Shown here in pieces: positions 27,701 to 40,152 of a stretch of DNA of 64,000 nucleotides. Each line of letters starts with the position of its first letter. Position 1 is the stretch's first letter. The notes under the pieces were generated by a model that was not told the DNA's origin, did not search any database, and was given only the letters and a program-made list of their open reading frames with translations. This stretch comes from Podarcis bocagei (Eukaryota): the NCBI GenBank assembly GCA_964188305.1, contig OZ076893.1. One strand, 5' to 3'. Position numbers and translations under genes: made by a program.

Positions 27701-28260
27701 CGCCTATGACATCTGCCCCCACCGCCATACCTCCCTCGCCCCTCCATGGTAGGAATCCCAAGCCTCATACTCGCCTCCATTTACAAAATATAAAAGCAAA
27801 ACAAACAAACAAACAAACAAAAACAATTACACCAAAACAAAACCAATCCCCACCCCACTCAACAACCATCCCACCCCAACCCAAAATAAAACAAAACAAA
27901 ATAAAAAACATGAATAAAAACCACCATTTATGGTGGTACAACAAAGTAAAAGTAAAAACACTTTTAAAACACTTTAAAATATATAAAAACATTTTAAACA
28001 TTTGCTGCAGCAGCACCAGTGTCCTTAAAGTTGTGGCGGTGGTGAATGTGGGCCGCGCCCCACGGCCTGGTGGATTGGGCTTGCAGGGGGAAGAGTCCTC
28101 CCCACAAACTCATGGCGAAGCGGCAACAGCAATGTCCCGAGGCCTCCTTGGCGCCTTATATGCTGAGGTGGAGTATGGGGCCCGCCCCCAGGCCCAAGGT
28201 GGAGAATGGGCTTGCAGGGGAAGCAGTCTCCCCACAAACTCACGGTGAAGCGGCAGCAGC
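24657..28260 (-). mobile_element. L2-clade LINE, ~3.6 kb, with frameshifted ORF2
   Basis: APE endonuclease motifs (LCNARS..ETW, GDFN, GHTLDLIF, SDH), RT motifs (QSGFR, LLDLSAAFD, PQGAILSP, YADDTQLY) and the L2-type C-terminus (SRLDYCNS, QNAAARLL, LHWLPV). 3' (TTA)n tail; 5' boundary approximate. Confidence 0.95.
25004..27780 (-). pseudogene. L2 ORF2 (endonuclease plus reverse transcriptase), disrupted
   Basis: Split over ORFs 27340-27780, 27141-27407, 26724-27128, 25746-26663 and 25004-25897. Confidence 0.92.
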
Positions 28261-28354
28261 CGTTGTTTGTAACACTGTCCACTGTGGCACAATTTTATGT
28301 AAGTTGCTGTATTTTATACTACATGCAGCTTCTGGGTGAATCTAAAGTGCATTA

Positions 28355-28596
28355 CAGTGGTACCTCAGGTTACATATGCTTCAGGTTACACACGCTTCAG
28401 GTTACAGACTCCGCTAACCCAGAAATAGTGCTTCAGGTTAAGAACTTTGCTTCAGGATGAGAACAGAAATTGTGCTCTGGCAGCGCAGCAGCAGCAGGAG
28501 GCCCCATTAGCTGACGTGGTGCTTCAGGTTAAGAACAGTTTCAGGTTAAGTACAGACCTCCGGAATGAATTAAGTACTTAACCCGAGGTACCACTG
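28355..28596. mobile_element. Tigger/pogo-like MITE
   Basis: ta|cagtggtacctc...gaggtaccactg|ta. Confidence 0.9.
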
Positions 28597-28659
28597 TACA
28601 ATAGTCCAGCCTTGAAGTTACCATGAATCAGGCTAGTCAAGCTATCCCTACTATAGTAT

Positions 28660-28766
28660 CTTTAGGGAAGCTTTTAATGTTTGATGGACTACTGCATTTT
28701 AATATTTTGTTGGAAGCTGCCCAGAGTGGCTGGGGAAACCCAGCCAGATGGGCGGGGTATAAATAA

Positions 28767-28808
<42 letters not shown>
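28660..28808 (+). mobile_element. L2-type 3' end fragment
   Basis: gcccagagtggctggggaaacccagccagatgggcggggtataaataaa followed by (TTA)n. Confidence 0.75.
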
Positions 28809-28809
<1 letters not shown>

Positions 28810-28894
28810 CTGGCTTTTGGCTGGTATGCCTCACCAAAGGCCACATCTGCCTCCATCGGCAGCAGTGGACTTAAGAGCAGCTACAACCTATGAA

Positions 28895-29260
28895 GGGACG
28901 CGGGTGGCGCTGTGGGTAAAACCTCAGTGCCTAGGACTTGCTGATCGCAAGGTCGGCGGTTCGAATCCCCGCGGCGGGGTGAGCTCCCGTCGTTCGGTCC
29001 CAGCTCCTGCCCACCTAGCAGTTCGAAAGCACCCCTAAGTGCAAGTAGATAAATAGGTACCGCTTTATAGCGGGAAGGTAAACGGCGTTTCCGTGTGCGG
29101 CGCTGGTGCTGGCTCGCCAGATGCCGCTTAGTCATGCTGGCCATGTGACCTGGAAGTGTCTCTGGACAGCGCTGGCTCCCGGCCTCTTGAGCGAGATGAG
29201 CGCGCAACCCTAGAGTCGGACACGACTGGCCCGTACGGGCAGGGGTACCTTTGCCTTTAC
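28895..29260 (+). mobile_element. Full-length Sauria SINE
   Basis: tRNA-like head with B box ggttcgaatccc, core gtgcaagtagataaataggtacc, (ACCTTT)-type tail, and TSD tacaacctatg (28882-28892, 29258-29268). Confidence 0.95.
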
Positions 29261-30956
29261 AACCTATGTATCTTACAAGATCTCAGTACCTCAATACGCC
29301 ACATAACAATCACAAGCATGAGCTGAAATTTAGTCTGTAGTTTTTCCATGAGGCCAATGAGCCCAGGCACAGGGGTGGCTGCAGAGCTGGAGCAACAGGC
29401 CCAGGGAAAGCCCCACCACCACTGCGATGCTTGGTCTCTGTGCATTTCTGAATGTACACAGCTATGAATGTCATATAGCATTCAAGGGACTCATTTCAAA
29501 ATGTAATTTCATAGTTTTTAAAGCCCACACCTGTCAGGGCAATCTAATGAGACATGCCGTGATTATTTTTCTTGCATAACTGTTCCTCTGTGCTTCAGTT
29601 TATGTTGCCTTGTTTGCTTGAAACAGCTGAAGCCAGATGCTAAATCTGCTGTTTGTTCATCCATGATGGCAACAGGGATTAAGAAACAAGAATTTAGGAC
29701 AGTCCGGTTCTGTGTTGTCTGAGAAACAAAAGGACACAGATAGTTCTAACGTTGCAGTTAATTGATCAATTCACATTATGCTAGATGTATTATTTATTCC
29801 AGTTGAATCAAAAGATATATAAGCTACCCAGGAGCGTCTCATGTGCAGGTCCCATTAAAATCAATGGGAACACATCATTATGGTCCACACAGAAGGATCT
29901 TGTGGCTTATATCAAAAGCCCAGTTTTGGATATAAACCTTCCAGATTCTAAAATGAAGCCAATTGTGAAGTTTAGATCTGAAATCTGACTGAAACATTTG
30001 GGGAGTTTGGGATGTGACTTTCTGGTTTGATTAAGCTTTTTGCTAATTAAAGTGGGAGTTAGCTTTTCCCGGATTAATTCATCACCTAAAGCTGTTCAGT
30101 CACAACAGGAACATGATCTCAATATCTATTTGCAAATAGGCATCGTAATGTAGAACAAGTGTAATAGCAATTGTCACATGGCTTGACTGTGAGCATTTGC
30201 ATACTGTCTTACCAAACAAAGCCTGGGCATGCTGAGATTATAGAACCATGACTTCTTCAGAGACTAATATGAATAACTGGAAATGGCAGCTGGAGGAAGA
30301 CAATGATAAAAAAGAGGGATTAAAAAATTCATTGATCCATGGTGGAAGAACTATAGATCAGTGGTACAGTCATGTATTATCTCCAGAAGGCCCTATGTTC
30401 AGCTCATAACATCTCTCTTTATAATGGTCAGGTGGCAGGTGATGTGAAAAAGGCTTTTGACTTCAATCTGGCCCTCCCTTCTAAACTTAGGGGCTCACAT
30501 ATCCTCATAGTGCCAGTTTCTGTTCTTTCCAGAGACCACAGATTAACATGTCGCTCTCTCAAGCTCAGAGCTCTTATCATCAGGCACATTCAATTAACAA
30601 TCTGTTTAAATTATGGGTTGCTATCACCCTGAGCTCCAGCATATAGTCAGTGTCATTCCATAATTACACTGTTTTGAGTCCATTGCTTAAAAAATGATTT
30701 GAAATTGCTTTGTTTTATAATATCTGGAATCTGGTGATATGTGAGAGAATAACACAGAATTTAAAAGTCTCAAAAGGATCTGAAGACCTGGAACATTTCT
30801 ACATAATTTTTTTTTTTTTTGGGGGGGGGTATGCTGCTTCAAGTGATCAGCAGAGTTCTTTGCCTGTACCAAAGTGTGAAATTTGGATCGCATAATCGTG
30901 ATTTATAAAAATTGTTCTCCTTTGTTTATCTTCTTCAACAGTTTATGCGTTGATAA

Positions 30957-31306
30957 AAAGGTAAAGGGACCCCTGACTGTTAGGTCCAGTCGTGACCGAC
31001 TCTGGGGTTGCGGCGCTCATCTCACTTTATTGGCCGAGGGAGCCAGCATACAGCTTCCGGGTCATGTGGCCAGCATGACTAAGCCACTTCTGGTGAACCA
31101 GAGCAGTGCACGGAAATGCCATTTACCTTTCCGCCAGAGCGGTACCTATTTATCTACTTGCACTTTGACGTGCTTTTGAACTGCTAGGTTGGCAGGAGCA
31201 GGGACCGAACAACGAGAGCTCACCCCGTCAGGGGATTCGAACCACCAACCTTCCGATTGGCAAGCCCAAGGCTCAGTGGTTTAGACCACAGTGCCACCCG
31301 CATCCC
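30957..31306 (-). mobile_element. Sauria SINE
   Basis: aaaggtaaag tail and same body; degenerate TSD ttatgcgttgata/ttatactttgata. Confidence 0.93.
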
Positions 31307-31499
31307 TTATACTTTGATACATATCCCCTAATTTTAATTGAATTTGTCTTCTTGCTTGTTATTTAGTTCATTAAAAGCAGTGTGTGTGTGTGTGTTTAAG
31401 GTTAGACTTGTTCACATGTTACACTGAACACAGGTATAAGCCATCTCTGCACATATATAAGTGTTTATGTAAAAGAATGTACAATTTCTGATTTTCCAA

Positions 31500-31990
31500 T
31501 CCCTTACAGTTCACAGTCCAGGGTTTTCTTTCTGATCTTTTTGGCCACCAAAGCAAAAAAGGCGACTTTATGAGTCACTGAAGCATTTGCATCACTAAGA
31601 AGCCATAGGACCTTCTCTGCCAGGGAGAGACATCTTTCCTGTACAAACAGTAAGGTGAGAAATTGCCTCCTGGATCCAGTGTATAGTGGGCAATATAGTA
31701 AATAGTACAGTATGTCTTCCATCTGTGATTGCCCATATATACAGAGCCTGTCTTCGTATGGTACCTTGTTATATCGTCTGTCTAGAACGACAGAGGGCAT
31801 AGCTTGAAAATGCAGCTCTGTAAAAGTGAATCTTGGTGAGGCTGGCTGGAGATTCGACAGGTAACTGGCTCTAAAATGGACCGTTTTAAGAAGAGGAAAC
31901 CAAGCAGAACATTTAGAGGATTTGGTCGCTTGCAGATCACGTAGTTATTCTGTCCAGTGGCACCAATTCCTTAATTGGCATTTTTCTGTG
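31500..31990 (-). mobile_element. Non-LTR retrotransposon ORF2 C-terminal fragment (CCHC-knuckle type, possibly RTE-X)
   Basis: RYNKVPYEDRLCIYG...EDILYYLLYCPLY resembles a degenerate zinc-knuckle tail; clade uncertain. Confidence 0.6.
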
Positions 31991-34248
31991 GATATAATCT
32001 CTAGTTTACAGAAATAATAAGAGTTCAAAAAAATTGGGATTCATGATTCTGTGTATACAGATGCACAATATCTGCATTCAGAGATGTCTAACTGAAAAAA
32101 GAGGAAAGGCAGGGTGGCCTTTGAAGCCTGATCTAGACCTCTCAACTTGCCCCAAGTTACCTCTCAGCTTCCCCCAAAGAACTTACATGCATTTCGTTTT
32201 AAAGCATCATATTGTCACACTTTCCCATAATGGAAGACAGCGGGCCTGCTCAAAGCAATTGTAAGCAATATCTCCAATGCTGCTGAAATCGCTCCCTGTT
32301 CTGCTATTCCTCATCCTCCACATCAGGCCCGATAGGCAGAAGCTAGGCTGATTTTAAACACAGAGGATGATCACAGCCTAGGCAGCTGAGAAAGGTTTGG
32401 GGGGGTAAGTCAGTCAGCACTTAAATGACCCTAAAAACCTCACCACCCATCAGCTAGTCAGTATGATGCCAGCAGCCTGCCCAAGTCCCAGACTGCCCCA
32501 CCAGCTCTCATCCTTTATGGGTATATTCAAAATCCCACTATGCTCCAGCCACCACCTGCTGCTATAGAGGGGAATGGAATGGGATACATTCCTGCTCAAT
32601 GCTGTCCATATTTAAATGGCAAAATGAAATTCTCTTGTCAATATTTAATAAGGATGGTTTTTTTAAAAAAAGAAATATAATTTTCTGTGATGAATAAAAG
32701 ATGCCACTCTCTTTCTCTCCTTTATGTCTAATAGACGGCAGGAAGGTGGCATCAACAGGGACACTGCGGAAATACATCATGCATGAGAGTTAATTGAAGG
32801 GCTGTGTTTCTGCAAAATTGATATTGGCTGAGTCACCTCTAAGCCCATAGCCAACGTGCAAGGTTACTTTTAGATGATGCACTAGTTAGTTGCTTTCTTG
32901 GGAGCCTTCATGGGCACCATGGAGAGCATTTACCAATGACAGCTTGCCATGGATATTGATATCTAGGTCACCAGACATTCTTCTCCTCCATTTATCTGAC
33001 AAGCATATGGACTATCACCGATCCAAATCAGTAGGTAGACAAATGGAAAGATTTCATTGCAGATACTTCATATTGCAGAAACTGAGTTTGGGGTACATAG
33101 ACATTGAGCAATGACGTTAAATTTTTGGGATTTGGATCCAGATTTCCCATGAGTTCCTACTGGAGGCTCCAACCCAAGAAGGAGGGAAGGCAATTCTACC
33201 ATTTCCTCCTTTCCTCCGCAGCCTGCCTTACATCCTGAAAATCTCCAGTGCTCTGAACGGAAGGAACTTTGGCATGCATCTCCTAGTAATTATAAAAGGG
33301 AGACATTTCTTCTGACAATTTTGGCCAAGCTGCTCAAACTCAAGAGTTTGGCATGGGATGGGAGTGTCTATTATTTCCAGATGGTTAGCATTCAGCAATC
33401 ATTTCAGAGGAGCATGGGTAGCAGCAGGATACTCTTACCTGGCAACGTGAGGCTCAAAAGCATGAGGAGAAGAGGCAAGCCAATTTGGCACACAAGCTAC
33501 TGGTTGTATTCTGCCTTGCAAAATAAATAAATAAATAACACTTGATTGCAATTACAGAATCAGGACACTCCATCCATTAGTATTTCTCAATATCACCACT
33601 TACAATTTAGCATCACCGTGATTATTGCTGCTGGTGAATGAATTTGTATTCATACAAAATCAACCCAACATTTTCTCTTGTCCCTTTAATAACTGCATGA
33701 ATAGGGTTGGTTTTTTTATATATATATAAGTATTGTGCAAAAAAAAAAATTTTTTTTGGAACCATGCAAAAAAACTAATTAAGCATAATTAATGAAACAT
33801 GGAGCTAGGATTTAAAGAGAGCCAGAGAATATCAGCACAAAAGCATGGTAGACTTTTTCAGCTATGGGCACAGTCAGATCTTGTGTTGGCTGAGCTAATT
33901 ATCTAGCTTCAGAGAAAAGGTGTTCTGATGGCAGGGGAACTGAAAGCTGTGTGAAGTATAAAAGTTACCTGCTTTTTGTCATTTTGTTAGGAGTGCTTTG
34001 TAGCAACTCTTGGAAGTGTTTTTTTAAAAAATGTCAAACCTGGGGCATCTATCCCAGCCATAGTTGTAAGTTTCTTTACATGATAGCATAAATACAACAC
34101 TAATTGTGATCTGGCTAAACATACATCACACTTAGATGGGCACCCACTTCAGTAAGAACTTCATCAAAAGTTTCAAAAATACAGGAAGAAGTTGAATCTC
34201 TGCATCTGCATTTCAGGAATTCCTGAGAATCTTTATCACTGAATTTTT

Positions 34249-34357
34249 AATAGAATTGTAGAGCTAGAAGGGACTGCAAGGGTCATCTAATTCGATCCCC
34301 TGCAATGTAGGAACCTTTTGCCCAATGTGGAACATAAACCCACGACCCTGAGATCAG
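34249..34357 (-). mobile_element. tRNA-headed SINE fragment with CR1-like tail
   Basis: atagaattgtagagctagaaggg...cccctgcaatgtaggaa followed by aaacccacgaccctgagat. Confidence 0.55.
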
Positions 34358-34469
34358 TATCATCTCTTCTTCCACCCTATTTGTGCAGAAATGAAAATGA
34401 TTTGATCAGATCACTCGTTAAAATCCTATGTGACCTAGCTCCGGGATACTTGAGGGAGCACAGAGCACT

Positions 34470-34830
34470 TCAGCCTTATAAATCAGCAAACTCTCTTTAT
34501 GTGCTTTCTGCTCAAAAACACCACAGAGTCTTTATTCCGGTGTGTTTAAATGATCTTCTAGCAACAGCTCTGCAGGGGAAGTTTGCAAAACTCCCCTACC
34601 ATCAACATAAATGTCCTTGTGGATACGGAGAGGTAGAATCAATAGCTCGTGTTTGTGTGTGTTGTTCCTTTTATTGTGATACACATAAGATTTTTATTTT
34701 ATTTTTAAACTCTTTTTACATAAACTCCCAGAATGATCAGATGCATTTTATACTTTTTAATTCCTTTCAGATCAGAATGCATCAACCTTTTCCAGGGTTA
34801 GCTACTGCACGTAAAAGTCACAATAGACTA
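34470..34830 (+). mobile_element. Older LINE C-terminal fragment related to 31500-31990
   Basis: GKFAKLPYHQHKCPCG..ESIARV..CCSFY. Confidence 0.5.
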
Positions 34831-36230
34831 ATTTTAGCAAACTTTTCATTTTGCTTTCCCTGGTGCTCTATGCTATGTTATAGTTACTAGTGATTTCGTT
34901 GTTATTGTTCTCTATTTTATTTTGTTTTGTTTGGTATTACTTTATATTACTTTATATATGCAGGCAAAGTTTCTTTTCCTGAACAGTGGTCATTGAGAGC
35001 AATAAAAACAATGATGGATTGATGGATTGAATGAGAGAATACCGTCTTCCCCAACACCATATACATGAGAGGTGAGAATGGACAGTAGTGGTATAGTAGA
35101 GATGGTAGCAGTAGTAGTAGTAAGAATGTGATACCTTTTTATATTATTAATTTCTATGCTGAGGACCGCTTCCATGAGATCTACATTCTCCACCCTCTCC
35201 ACCATCACCCACCCACCCAATGTTTTTGGTTAGTGCAGAGTTTGCCAGTGAGATGTTCCCCTCAAAATGTGAAAAAATGGACTTGTAAATGGAAACTAAA
35301 AGCTCCAGATGAATTCAAAGCTTTGGGAGAAGCCTGCTTTGCCTTGGACCACAGCCACTTTACATTGGAGGCCATCCATCTCTCTCTGAAGTAGAACCAC
35401 TCAGGTAAATTGACTCAAGATTTAGACCTGATCTGAAGCCCAAGCATGACCCTACTATTTTTCATGCTACAAAAGAAAGTATAGCTGAGTGAAGTTATCT
35501 AGAGTTCTTTTAAAAGAAAAAAAAAGAAAAGCCCTCTTCCCACAGATTCTTTAGTTATACAAGTAGTCCTTTTCACAAAGAATCCTCAGTACTTTTCTGC
35601 AGAGGTGAAATATTGTGCTGTACAAAACATTGTTTCTTTCCATGCATTATGTTAAGAAGGACAAATCACGTTGCCAGTGTTTGAAATGGCACCTTCTCCG
35701 TGCTCAGGCCCCCTTCTCTTTCAAGACATTGTTATAAATTTTAATGCACAATTGTTTCAACCTTCCATTTTAAAATAGATCTTGTTTTCAATTAAAAGTG
35801 AGTCATGACAGAATAAATTGTGCACCAATTTCTCTTTCTCAAGTTGCAGACTTTGGGGAAATAACAGAAGTCCCAGTTCCCTGTGAAGAGGGATTGAGTG
35901 TTAAACCACTCTAGGAATTGTTGTTCGGGGGGGGGGATTGGGGTCACCAAATATCTCTCTGCACACATAACAAACTGCAGCTCCCATATTTCTTTGTGTG
36001 AAGCTATGACTGTTTAATGTGGTATTAATCTGCTTTGAATGTATGGTGTAAATGTGGCCCAAGAACAGTACCAAGCCCTTCCCTCTGCTGTAAGAGAGGG
36101 CTGTGAATGCTCTGAATGTTGGGGGAGCCTATTGCAAGGGATTCAAAACCCAGTGGGGAGGGGGAGGAATGCAATGTCACCTTCCTCCTCCTGACTGTAT
36201 ATTTAACTGAGGTTTTAAGTATTAGTACCA

Positions 36231-36556
36231 GGTTAAACCACAGAGCCTAGGACTTGCCGATCAGAAGGTTGGTGGTTTGAATCCCCACGACGGGGTGGGC
36301 TCCCATTGCTCGGTCCCTGCTCCTGCCCACCTAGCAGTTCGAAAGCACGTCAAAGTGCAAGTAGATAAATAGGTACCACTCTGGCGGGAAGGTAAATGGC
36401 GTTTCTGTTCTGGTTCACCAGAAGTGGCTTAGTCATGCTGGCCACATGACCCGGAAGTTGTACGCCGGCTCCCTCAGCCAATAAAACGAGATGAGCGCCG
36501 CAACCCCAGAGTCGGCCACGACTGGACCTAATGGTCAGGGGTCCCTTTACCTTTAC
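36231..36556 (+). mobile_element. Sauria SINE (head slightly truncated)
   Basis: Same body and ccctttacctttacc tail. Confidence 0.93.
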
Positions 36557-38014
36557 CAGCTACAAAGTGAGGCAGGTGATTCCTTTTTATGTGGAAATGG
36601 TTTAATTTATGTGGAAACTGTATGATTTGGTTGTGTGCTTTTTGATGTTTTATTTTTTGTTTGTGACTGCTTCTGTTATGTGTTCATGTTGTAAGCTGCC
36701 TTAACTATGGAAAGGCAGCTTACAAATCAAATGATGTATGTATGTTATTGGCCTGGAAGTGGTGGTGGTTGCCCTGATATGGGACCCCCAGAGGGTAGGT
36801 CAGGAGAGTTCTGCACAGCCCTACTGGGTATCTCCTCAGCTAACAGAACTCAATAACATCTGCATTTACAGTATTCATGTTTATGGGGCACCAGCGTGGG
36901 ACAGTCAATATCTGTCACAGCTTTTGGCTTGTTCCCCTCACCTAGCACAAGTTTGTAGCACTTATGCACAGCAGTGATAAACTATCCTTTACTTTTTCTG
37001 CTCTGTGTGTAAAACACAGGCCCTTGGAGGGTCTTCATTGTGTCTGAAGGAGAGCGCTATGATACCCACATGACTATATTTTATCCTACCTGCAGAAGCT
37101 GCCTCAATAAAACAATCACTTTAGCCATCCTGTGTCTCATTTCTTGGATGAACATGGCAATAGCACTGATTTAAAGCTCTGGCTTGGCTTAACGGTTGAG
37201 AGAATCGGATAATCACAGTGAGATTATGGCATAGTATAGGTAATACCAGTCACCAATGTCAGTTGGCTTTCAGAAGCATGCCTTATATCTTCACATTTCT
37301 CATCCCAATGAGAGGCTTCATTTTTCTGCACAGGTAAAAGCATAAAAAAAATTAAGGATATACTTTCAAAGTTCTACAGTCTTTAAAACTCCACAGCTAC
37401 TGTGCTGACATGCAATAAAAAGAGAGAACATTTTGTTTTATTTAGCTCTTTACTTAAGATGGGGAGGATGGAAAACAATAATAAAGTAGCAGCCTTGTCC
37501 ATAGAATAGATTAAACAAAACCTGGAATAAATACATAAAGAACAACATGTATATGTTGGAGTAATATAAGTTGAATGGATAATGTGCATTACAGTTGTTC
37601 CTGTAATGCTCGACTGATCATTTGGAGGGTATGCTATGAACCACCTAAGATTAGGCAGTGGGACAGACGGAGGAACCATTTGCACATTATTGAACTAGAC
37701 ATTGAAAACAAGGGCATGCTTCCTGGAGACTATGCATACTGACCAGAGTTTATGCATATGGCCCAGAGAATCTACAAAATGCAGATAAGATCTGCACATT
37801 CCCCAAGGTCTATTGGAGATTGTGTCTAATGGCCAGAAAAATGTACAACATGCAGTTGAGCTATATACAGGTTCCTCAAGTCTTGTTGAAGATTATGTCT
37901 ATTGTTCAGGAAATATGGGCAATCTCCCCTTCATGGACACATTATGTGCACCTTCTCTTTAAGGACTGATGAATGTGGCTAACTTCCAAGAGATTGTGAT
38001 CTACTCTCAGAGTT

Positions 38015-38211
38015 AGAAACTGGCAGTGATCTACCCCCCCCCCTTTTTTTAGGAAGGAAAGCCATCCATGTTTTGGGGGGTTCGGGTCAAAAATGTAGAG
38101 CTTTTTTTAGGGGAGCCAAAATTGCTGAGCTTCTTTGTGGGGAGCCAGTGATCTACCACAGACGTCCAGTGATCTACCAGTAGATCACGATCTACCTGTT
38201 GGACATGCCTG
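38015..38211. mobile_element. hAT-like MITE, right part
   Basis: Repeated gatctac subterminal motifs ending in gttggacatgcctg. Confidence 0.5.
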
Positions 38212-38297
38212 ATCTACATTAACTGCTCAACTTACATTACCCCTAATATGTACTGTATATAAGATATACCAATGAAGGCCCCCAAAGTTATTCTTAG

Positions 38298-38684
38298 CCT
38301 TGTAAGGAATGGTTGAGGGAGCTGGGTATGTTTAGCCTGGAAAAGAGCAGACTGAGAGGAGATATGATAGCCATCTTCAAAGATCTAAAGGGCTGTCACA
38401 TGGAAGATGGAGCAAGCTTGTTTTCTTCTGCTCTGGAGGGTAGGACCTGAGTTACAAGTTACAAGAAAGGAGATTCTGACTAAACATCAGGAAGAACTTT
38501 CTGATGGTAACAGTTGTTCAACAGTGGAACAGACTCCCCCAAGAAGTGGTGGACTCCCCTTCCTTGGAGGTTTTTATGCAGAGGTTGGATGGCCATCTAT
38601 CATGGATGCTTTAATTGAAATTCCTGCATTGCAGGGGGTTGGACTAGATGACCCTCAGGTTCCCTTCCAACTCAATTCTATGAT
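38298..38684 (+). mobile_element. CR1 LINE 3' fragment
   Basis: LRELGMFSLEKSRLRGDMIAIFKDLKG C-terminal motif and 3' end ggttggactagatgaccc...cccttccaact..attctatga. Confidence 0.9.
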
Positions 38685-39169
38685 AACTAGAATAATTCAT
38701 GAAAAATTAATTTTAGGCATAGCACTGTGCAATCACATATATGTTTACTCATACGCATATCCAAAGGCATATGCTCTGTTAGGTATGCATAGGATTGCAG
38801 TGAAAACATTGGTTTTTCATAGAGAATTGAGTCCCCCCTCCCACTTCCTCCAATATTGCTCCTCCAATATGTACAGCCCCACATGAAAATAGTAGAAGCT
38901 TTACCATTTATTTGAAAGATTCAGTGGTTTGACCTGAAGAATAAGTGGGGTCTAACTGGACTAATTTGCACATTCACAAGGTTGATGTCCATAGAGAACC
39001 TTTATAATGTGGAGGGCCACATTCCCTTAGGGGGAATCTTCTGGGAGCCACATACCAGGGTGTGACGTGTCAGAGACAAAAATGGGAGACACAATGGATG
39101 TGGGTTTATATTTGCATAGTAGGCTACATTCCAGCCGCACGAACAGTACACACCTACATCTTTCAATGA

Positions 39170-39362
39170 TGGGAAGATGTAGAACTTCTACTATGTCGGA
39201 CCACTGATCTATCAAGTCCAGTATACTCTACACAGACTGACTGTGGCTCTCCAGGATTTGAGATGCAGGTCTCTTCCAGCCCCACCGAGAGATGCCAAAG
39301 ATTGAACATGGGACATTCTGTACACAAAGCAGATGCTCTACCATGGAGCTATGGCCCTTCTC
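39170..39362 (-). mobile_element. Old tRNA(Ala-like) SINE
   Basis: Same family as 4698-4888 (gattgaac...tgctctacca..gagctatggccc). Confidence 0.55.
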
Positions 39363-40019
39363 TGAGGAGGTATCTTTCATTAAGGCAAGCAAGAGGTATT
39401 ATTATAGTTCAAAGGCACATTCCAGCTAGACAATGAGAATGGAACGTTCAGTTCCACTGAAAGTTAAGAAGGTCTCCTTTAAGAGATGTAAACAGAACTA
39501 GGGCATTTAATTCTCACTTAAATTCAGTGGGTGTTCTGCTCACTGCCTGGATTCTATTTGCACCTTTGGAATCTATTCCATGTTTTCTTTAACTCTTCAA
39601 GATTACATATCCTTAAGAAATCCTCTCTGAAGATGCAGAAGGATAAAGCAACATTTATTTCCCTCTTTGTGCTCTGATTGTTTTTCTCCTCTCTAATCTT
39701 CCAGCCTTGATCAAAGAAAGCTTATTTCTGAGCTGAAAAATTGAGTGTAAGAGCCCAGTAGTTTTAACACTAATATCTTAGATATTGTTATTTCCCTTCA
39801 AGCTTACTATCTTTCATGCTTATTTCCAGATGCGACTTCGAGTAGGTTGCCTTGGTGCTGTGCTTTAACTTGTCTCTAATTTCCCAAAACTTTTCGTCCC
39901 CTACAAAAGAAGCTTCCATTTTTATTCCTCATTCAAGGGGGATTTTAAATTTTCTTTGGAACTTCTTAAAATGGTGGTTCCCAAACTTTTTTGGGCTGCC
40001 AGCTTACTTCCATAAACTC

Positions 40020-40152
40020 CCTGTTCAGGGAAGTTTTTAACATTTAACGCTGTATTGTTTTTAATACTTGATTGGGAGCCGCCCAGAGTGGCTGGGGAAA
40101 CTCAACCAGATGGGCGGGGTATAAATAATAAATTATTATTATATTATTATTA
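40020..40152 (+). mobile_element. L2-type 3' end fragment
   Basis: gccgcccagagtggctggggaaac...gatgggcggggtataaataataaattatt. Confidence 0.75.

Noticed and set aside
36742-37154. Additional old solo LTRs (also ~1950-2240, ~4900-5270, ~6140-6550)
   Set aside because: LTR-like composition, but termini and TSDs are not convincing enough to call.
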